A stretch of 32,000 nt of DNA from Haloquadratum walsbyi C23. Lineage in GTDB: Archaea > Halobacteriota > Halobacteria > Halobacteriales > Haloferacaceae. This document shows, piece after piece, positions 26,759 to 32,000 of the stretch. Under the pieces are notes generated by a model that worked only from the letters and a program-made list of their open reading frames with translations, did no database searches and was not told the DNA's origin. Location: the NCBI RefSeq assembly GCF_000237865.1, contig NC_017459.1, positions 2,520,001 to 2,552,000 on the forward strand, given 5' to 3'. Positions within the stretch are counted from its first letter, which is position 1. Each line of letters begins with the position of its first letter. Position numbers and translations under genes: made by a program.

Positions 26759-26980
26759 CTACCCTGCCCTACTACGCTTGAGGTTGCTCGCCTCTCGCTT
26801 GTTGAGCATAGGGCTTCCTGTTTCTACGTCGGAATGTATACCCAACGTGGGCACAGGGATTCCAGACTCCGCAGGCGATTTCCCTTCACGGGCGGTTCGG
26901 AGTGAACTACTCCTACCTGTGGATACTCGCCCACAATCGACAGTGCACGCTTTTTCTTGCGTTTGAACACCGTCAGAAGT
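26759..26980 (-). pseudogene. probable decayed 3' end of an IS1341-type (IS200/IS605 family) tnpB gene
   Basis: Minus-strand translations give VGVVHSEPPV (26887-26916) and, in a different frame, VETGSPMLNKREAS (26786-26827), ending at TAG (26759-26761). These resemble my recollection of haloarchaeal TnpB C-termini (..LGxxHSExTPVE....VVExGSPxLKE..). At least one frameshift is needed, and there is no upstream RuvC or Zn-ribbon part. Confidence 0.35.
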
Positions 26981-27058
26981 GTAGGAAGTATCGTACTATT
27001 AATTATGAGGAGAATACCTGTATCGATTGAACTGTATGAATAACTGATGACGGTGCTG

Positions 27059-27371
27059 TATCCCCGCCCTACTTACTCGCTTCGCTCGTTTCTTAAGGAC
27101 TGTCTCTTACCCACAAATCGAGTCAGGATTTCAGCGGAATGGGATCGCCGAGCACGACTGAAATCCTCGGTATCTACAGTTTCAGGATCTCTTTGGAACA
27201 ATTGTAGTGGAGTTGATTACCGGCGTTCTGTCACCCCCACAGCCGATATCACTGTCTGAGTCGCTTCTCGCCTTGATTTGCTGCGTTCAAAATATCTCTG
27301 AGAGCGTCTGAAATGTCCGGTTACGACTCCACGAACTTATGGGTAAAAGACAGTTCTTGAGGACGGGGGAT
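27059..27371. mobile_element. MITE-like unit bounded by imperfect terminal inverted repeats
   Basis: The left arm is atccccgccct[21-nt insert]cttaaggactgtctcttacccacaa (27060-27116). The right arm 27337-27371 reverse-complements to atcccccgtcctcaagaactgtcttttacccataa, matching 21/25 in the core. The interior has a perfect 10-bp stem, aggatttcag (27125-27134) with ctgaaatcct (27158-27167). No ORF. Confidence 0.35.
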
Positions 27372-27657
27372 TAGCACCCGTATTCAGCTCACACAGACCG
27401 ATAATATCCAAGAAAATAATCACGATAGATGACTCGTGTCCGCAAATAGACTCATAGAAGCGATTCAGATCGCTGAAATGAGAATAAATCATCACAGTGC
27501 AGTGCAAGTGTCGATCGAATTTGACTCCGAACCAATAGTCTGAGGTGGAGTCAGACTGCAATATGGGTTATATTTGTATGTGTGTTGTCACAGCAGTGAT
27601 GTGAGTATATGATACAGATGTCAGTATGATATGGTATGTCCTTATGTAATACAGTGA

Positions 27658-29349
27658 TTACATTGCGCCGCCCATACCGCCCATGCCACCCATACCGCCC
27701 ATGCCACCGGCGCCGCCTGGACCACCAGGACCACCTGCAGGGGCGTCATCATCATCGTCCGTGCCGCCACCCTTCAGATCACCAGCAGCAATGACATCAT
27801 CAATACGGAGGATCATTACAGCTGCCTCAGTCGCTGACTCAATTGCTTGTGTCTTTACGCGAAGAGGCTCGACAACGCCATCTTCTTCCATGTCAATGAC
27901 TTCGCCGGTATATGCGTTAAGACCGGATGTAATTTCGCCTTCGTCATGCGTTTTTCGCAGGTCAACAAGCGAATCAATCGGATCAAGTCCTGCATTCTCT
28001 GCAAGCGTGCGCGGGATGACGTCAAGCGCCTCAGCAAATGCTTCAACAGCAAGTTGTTCACGACCACCAACAGAATCAGCGAACTCTCGAAGGTGAAGTG
28101 ATAATTCAGTCTCGGAAGCACCACCGCCGGGCAATACTTGCCCATGTTCGAGCGTCGTTCGAACGACACCTAGAGAGTCATCAATAGCACGCTCAAGTTC
28201 GTCGACAACGTGTTCAGTGCCCCCTCGAAGAATGAGTGTCACTGATCGTGCATCATCGACATCCTCAACGAAGAGTCGTTCATCGCCGCCGATATCCTTC
28301 TGTGCGACAGAGCCGGCATATCCAAGGTCATCAGCTTCAATATCATCGACTGAGCCGACAACAGTAGCGTCCGTCGCTCGGGCAAGTCTATCAAGATCTG
28401 ATGATTTTGCTCGTCGGACTGCAAGGATACCTTCTTCAGCGAGGTAATGTTGCGCCATATCATCAATACCATCGCCAACAAAGACAACATCAGCGCCAAC
28501 ATCAACGAACTGATCAACCATTTCTTGCAACTGTGCTTCCTCTTGATCAAGGAATTCTTGCAGCTGATCTGGATCAGTTACATTAACTTCTGCATCAATT
28601 TCGGTTTCTCGAACTTCAAGCGCACCATCGAAGAGCGCAACATTGGCGTCATCAGCCATATATGGCATATTTTCATGCACACGCTCTTTATCAACAATAA
28701 CACCTTCAACAAGTTCAGAATTGCTGATGGATCCACCGACAACCTTCTCAATCGAAACGTTATCAATATCGATTGAATCATCATCAGCAACAGAAAGAAC
28801 AGAGTCAACAACTAATTCCGACAGCAGATCTCGTGAGGACTCAGCACCTTTCCCTGTCATTGCAGTTTCAGCAATTTCTAAGAGAGTATCATAATCCTCT
28901 TCGGAGACCTCGATTGCGTCCTCATCAAGCTGTTCTTTTGCTTTTTCTGCAGCCTGTCGGAATCCTTGTGCAATTGTGGTTGCATGAACATCTTGATCAA
29001 TAAGTTCCTCGGCTTGATCAAGAAGCTCACCAGCAATGACCACAGCACTCGTCGTTCCATCGCCTACCTCATCTTCTTGTGTCTCAGACACTTCGACAAT
29101 CATATTTGCCGCTGGGTGGTCGATGTCCATCTCTTTGAGAATAGTTACACCGTCATTTGTGACGACAACATCACCACCGGAGTCGACAAGCATCTTATCC
29201 ATCCCTTTCGGACCAAGCGTCGTCCGAACGGACTCTGCGACGGCCTTACCCGCCGAGATATTCATCGATTGTGCGTCTTTGCCCTGCGTGCGCTGGGAAT
29301 CATCTCCCAGAATAATCATCGGTTGACCCTGTTGCATTCGCTGAGACAT
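27658..29349 (-). CDS. thermosome subunit (group II chaperonin, Cct/Ths)
   Basis: [27 protein letters not shown]..., [33 protein letters not shown], and a C-terminal [12 protein letters not shown] tail. The ATG at 29349 is preferred over the GTG at 29355. Confidence 0.95.
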   Translation of the reverse strand: MSQRMQQGQPMIILGDDSQRTQGKDAQSMNISAGKAVAESVRTTLGPKGMDKMLVDSGGDVVVTNDGVTILKEMDIDHPAANMIVEVSETQEDEVGDGTTSAVVIAGELLDQAEELIDQDVHATTIAQGFRQAAEKAKEQLDEDAIEVSEEDYDTLLEIAETAMTGKGAESSRDLLSELVVDSVLSVADDDSIDIDNVSIEKVVGGSISNSELVEGVIVDKERVHENMPYMADDANVALFDGALEVRETEIDAEVNVTDPDQLQEFLDQEEAQLQEMVDQFVDVGADVVFVGDGIDDMAQHYLAEEGILAVRRAKSSDLDRLARATDATVVGSVDDIEADDLGYAGSVAQKDIGGDERLFVEDVDDARSVTLILRGGTEHVVDELERAIDDSLGVVRTTLEHGQVLPGGGASETELSLHLREFADSVGGREQLAVEAFAEALDVIPRTLAENAGLDPIDSLVDLRKTHDEGEITSGLNAYTGEVIDMEEDGVVEPLRVKTQAIESATEAAVMILRIDDVIAAGDLKGGGTDDDDDAPAGGPGGPGGAGGMGGMGGMGGMGGAM

Positions 29350-29374
29350 ATTCACCCGATGATTGTTTGTGATT

Positions 29375-29384
29375 CTATAAAAAT
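29375..29384 (-). promoter_or_regulatory. candidate archaeal TATA box for the thermosome gene
   Basis: The minus strand reads atttttatag about 26-35 nt upstream of the ATG at 29349. This spacing fits a leaderless or short-leader haloarchaeal transcript. Confidence 0.3.
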
Positions 29385-29546
29385 CTCACGCTCTCAGAAT
29401 TGAATGACGACGAACAGGTATCATGACGTGGCATTAGTTACCATAGAACCGCCACTTATATACCGATATATATTGGCTTGATACAATCATCGCGTGCTGG
29501 TTTAAGACATAATAACTAAGCCTAATGATATTCTTGTCTAATTCAG

Positions 29547-30332
29547 ATGCGATTGCGGGATTTTGTTGAAGAGTTCGCAACTGCAAGTGATGATCACTCA
29601 CTTGCAGTGATTAACAGCGACCAGCCTCCGACGGTCACGCGAATGCTTGATGGGCTCTTTAGCAATCAGCCAGTAGATATTGAGATGGTCAATCGAGCCC
29701 TTGCTGAAGAAGATGTAATACAACTTCATCGAGACGGTCACATTGTTGCTGAGTCGAGATTCAGCGATTTGCGAGATGCGATTCTTGCGGTCAATGCAGA
29801 TATTTACACAACCGGTGTTCGGTCACTTGCGGATATTGAAACACCTGCCGTGATCCGTGATCTTGAGCGGATTAAATTTCATGTTCGTGGATATCCGGCA
29901 GCATCAAAAGGAAAGTTGTTGCTTATTGAAATATCGCGATACATTGAGTCGCTGGCAGCCGAGGTCGGTGTGGGTGAGCTACATGCTGGATTTCAGCGGC
30001 TTTCACGGCTCACTCACGAACGAGGAACGCGTCGAGCGTATGACGAACTTGTGCAAACTGACTTATCAATCCATGTCTATGGTACCGGTCAATTAGATAT
30101 GCCGACATCATGGCATCTGACTGTTCATGCTGATGATGCATCTGAACTCCAACGTGGATGGTTTGTGATTTTTGACCCGCCAGCAGACACACAAATCGCT
30201 GGTGCAGCACTCATTGCATATTCGATTGATCTCAAACAGAACGAATGGGTTGGAGTGTGGACCTCCGATGCCAACTCAATTAGTCGACTTCGATCATATC
30301 TCACAACGACATATAACTCATCAATGGATTGA
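29547..30332 (+). CDS. DICT-like sensory domain protein (tentative)
   Basis: 261-aa ORF. The pattern KGKLLLIEISRYIESLAAEVGVGELHAGFQRLSRL...TRRAYDELVQTDLSIHVYG...RGWFVIFDPP matches my recollection of haloarchaeal DICT-domain proteins. Confidence 0.5.
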   Translation: MRLRDFVEEFATASDDHSLAVINSDQPPTVTRMLDGLFSNQPVDIEMVNRALAEEDVIQLHRDGHIVAESRFSDLRDAILAVNADIYTTGVRSLADIETPAVIRDLERIKFHVRGYPAASKGKLLLIEISRYIESLAAEVGVGELHAGFQRLSRLTHERGTRRAYDELVQTDLSIHVYGTGQLDMPTSWHLTVHADDASELQRGWFVIFDPPADTQIAGAALIAYSIDLKQNEWVGVWTSDANSISRLRSYLTTTYNSSMD

Positions 30333-30480
30333 TTAACATAATCAAATACACATAGCTGAAACGTCGATTTTTATAACCTGAGAAGTATTGATTTGAATGA
30401 GTTGTTTTTGATCAAGCCCCGAGATATTCGATATATTCAATCTGTAGATTTGATTCGGGGGAAAGGCGCTATCCTAGTAT

Positions 30481-31023
30481 TCACCCGGATTGCTGCACAT
30501 TGAACCCACGTGTGAGTTCATTGTGTTTCCGTTCAAGGAAGGCATACACCGTCCCATGTGGAGCGCCATCAAGAAGCATTCCAGTCGCACGTCGAACTGC
30601 TTCAACCTCCTCGGGTTGACCAATCACACCGAGTGTTGTGCCTCTAATTACAACCTCTGCACCCGTCAGTTCTTCCATCAATTCTCTTGTTCGACCATTC
30701 TCACCGATTAATCGACCTTTCTGTCGTTGAAGATCATTTTTATTTCGGGTATGAGCATCAAGATCGATCAGTTCGAACGTTCGCATCTCATCATCAAGGA
30801 TTGAGAGCGCAGCCGTTGGTGTGAATCCACGACCAATTGCGCGGACGATATCCGGTGCGAGCATTCCACGTACGGGATCACCTACATCATCAATCGCGAC
30901 CGATCCCGTTTCAGAATCAATATTAAGTCGGACTTCAGCCTGCTGTTCGATTTCACGCATCGTCTCCCCACCTTCACCGATGAGTACGCCAATACGGTCC
31001 TGAGGGACCTTTACGTGTTTCAT
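30481..31023 (-). CDS. KH-domain RNA-binding protein (archaeal Dim2/Pno1-like, two KH domains)
   Basis: 180-aa ORF. VKVPQDRIGVLIGEGGETMREIE and QRQKGRLIGENGRTRELMEELTG are two GXXG KH motifs. Confidence 0.8.
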   Translation of the reverse strand: MKHVKVPQDRIGVLIGEGGETMREIEQQAEVRLNIDSETGSVAIDDVGDPVRGMLAPDIVRAIGRGFTPTAALSILDDEMRTFELIDLDAHTRNKNDLQRQKGRLIGENGRTRELMEELTGAEVVIRGTTLGVIGQPEEVEAVRRATGMLLDGAPHGTVYAFLERKHNELTRGFNVQQSG

Positions 31024-31463
31024 ATAATCGTTATCCAGTGCCGAAGGTTAAATGATTCGAGCGAATCTGCAGGATGTTTGGTGGGTGTGTGCTCATGATT
31101 GTAGTGGTCTATCAATGAGTTTTCATCCGGATGAGCGCAAGTGAATACAATAGGATTTCATACCGCTGGATTGACATAATACAATTGATGATTCATCAGC
31201 ACTGTTTCTGTCTGAGATCAACATGTTTGATCGAGGTCGCGAAGATGGACGCTGGGCTATGCTAATTGGTGATGATATGTCTGTCCAAGCTGAACTGTAG
31301 TCTATAATTGCATTCCACATCGAAACTGCAGTTGAGTATTCTCTGCCTGGCGATTCGGTCTCACTATGACCGCATCTCGAAAGTGAAGGCAATTCGTTCA
31401 GCGTTCGAGTAATCGACTCAGATGGTAAGTCTTAATTACGTAACCACGATATGAAATATTGAA

Positions 31464-31536
31464 GCCCGGGTGGTGTAGTGGCCGATCATATGACCCTGTC
31501 ACGGTCGTGACGCGGGTTCAAATCCCGCCTCGGGCG
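31464..31536 (+). tRNA. tRNA-Asp (anticodon GTC)
   Basis: Manual cloverleaf: acceptor GCCCGGG/CTCGGGC, anticodon stem TGACC/GGTCG with loop CTGTCAC, T arm GCGGG TTCAAAT CCCGC, discriminator G. It is near-identical to the haloarchaeal tRNA-Asp I remember. Confidence 0.95.
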
Positions 31537-31542
31537 TTCCAC

Positions 31543-31548
31543 TTTTTT
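31543..31548 (+). terminator. oligo-T tract immediately after tRNA-Asp
   Basis: A T6 run begins 7 nt after the tRNA 3' end. Archaeal RNA polymerase commonly terminates at oligo-T. Confidence 0.35.
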
Positions 31549-32000
31549 GAATTTCGATCAGGACTACAGCTCATATCAAAAACATAGTATCTTGATGTAC
31601 CCAAATCATGACGTGTGATTTCACTGATCCGATTCGTCTCTTGTGAAGTCATGTTGTGGTTGTACATGCACCGTGAATAGTCGGTTTGCATCAGTTATAC
31701 AGAATCAAGGAGAATACCTGCGGCTCAGCCGCAGGATAAATCCGACAACTCGGAGTCAATCTCCGCTACGAGAGCCACTCTGAGACTTGATAATCCGTAA
31801 CTTAAATTGACAGGCGATTCGACATATAACTAAGAATCAGGCTGGGAACGGAGCGATTCTCGCCAGTCTGACGGTGGCGGCCTGTCCGCCCCAAGCAATC
31901 AGACAATAATCAGAACCAGTCAGGTGAACGGTCGGTTCCTCTCATGAATCGATGCAGTGCCCGACTGCTTGAAACCAGCACAGAAAGTAACTCCGAATCC

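Noticed and set aside
27008-27020. 13-mer aggagaatacctg shared between 27008-27020 and 31708-31720, considered as possible element ends linking the two tRNA-flanking regions.
   Set aside because: Exact 13-mer matches are expected many times by chance in a 32-kb both-strand self-comparison (order of ten). The similarity does not extend on either side.
26138-27657. Intact integrated element (provirus or genomic island) at tRNA-Arg.
   Set aside because: By eye I found no direct repeat of the tRNA-Arg 3' end (…ttcgaatcccgtcgcgccc) downstream. There is no integrase and no ORFs at all. Only degraded repeat debris is present, so at most this is an ancient, eroded insertion site.
27661-27720. Tandem ggc-atg-ggY repeats at the thermosome 3' end ([12 protein letters not shown] tail).
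   Set aside because: The Gly-Gly-Met C-terminal tail is a well-known conserved chaperonin feature, so it is neither novel nor a mobile repeat.
27683-28096. 137-aa plus-strand ORF (and several others at 28217-29403) antisense to the thermosome gene.
   Set aside because: These are shadow ORFs with Pro/Ser/Ala-rich composition. The minus-strand chaperonin is unambiguous.

Overview
This looks like a haloarchaeal chromosomal segment. The predicted proteins are strongly acidic, intergenic regions are AT-rich, and coding density is fairly low, which resembles Haloquadratum (inference only, no search was run). I support about 30 protein genes and 2 tRNAs. From left to right:
- ilvD 5' fragment, moaB with a His-rich N-terminus, and a DUF1724-type HTH regulator divergent from a Zn-ADH/quinone oxidoreductase.
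- A small membrane ORF, a DUF5802-like ORF, a Vms1/eRF1-like protein, a GCS2-family carboxylate-amine ligase, pspA and an alpha/beta hydrolase.
- A minus-strand cobalamin block: cbiG, two cbiH paralogs, an unassigned LAGLIDADG-like ORF, a cbiX::[2Fe-2S] ferredoxin fusion and a small helical ORF.
- An isoaspartyl peptidase/asparaginase, a 554-aa orphan, a small acidic ORF, a Usp protein, an AI-2E transporter and mobB.
- A second DUF1724 regulator divergent from an EamA transporter, a membrane protein, and the archaeal UPF0201/UPF0200 pair.
- tRNA-Arg(TCT), a thermosome subunit, a DICT-like protein, a KH-domain protein and tRNA-Asp(GTC).

I found no CRISPR array, intact transposase or integrase, or recognisable defence or toxin system. 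The least ordinary material falls in two places:
- An approximately 1.8-kb gene desert around tRNA-Arg. It holds covarying palindromic hairpins, a GC-rich structured island that looks like decayed IS200/IS605 (IS1341-type) tnpB 3' ends with omega-RNA-like scaffolds but no nuclease ORF, and a MITE-like inverted-repeat unit. Two related remnants lie elsewhere in the window.
- The unassigned or modified members of the cbi operon: the LAGLIDADG-like ORF with a perfect 12-nt coding tandem repeat, the CbiX-ferredoxin fusion, and a Cys-motif tail on one CbiH.

All functional calls come from reading motifs by eye. No database search or computation was run.
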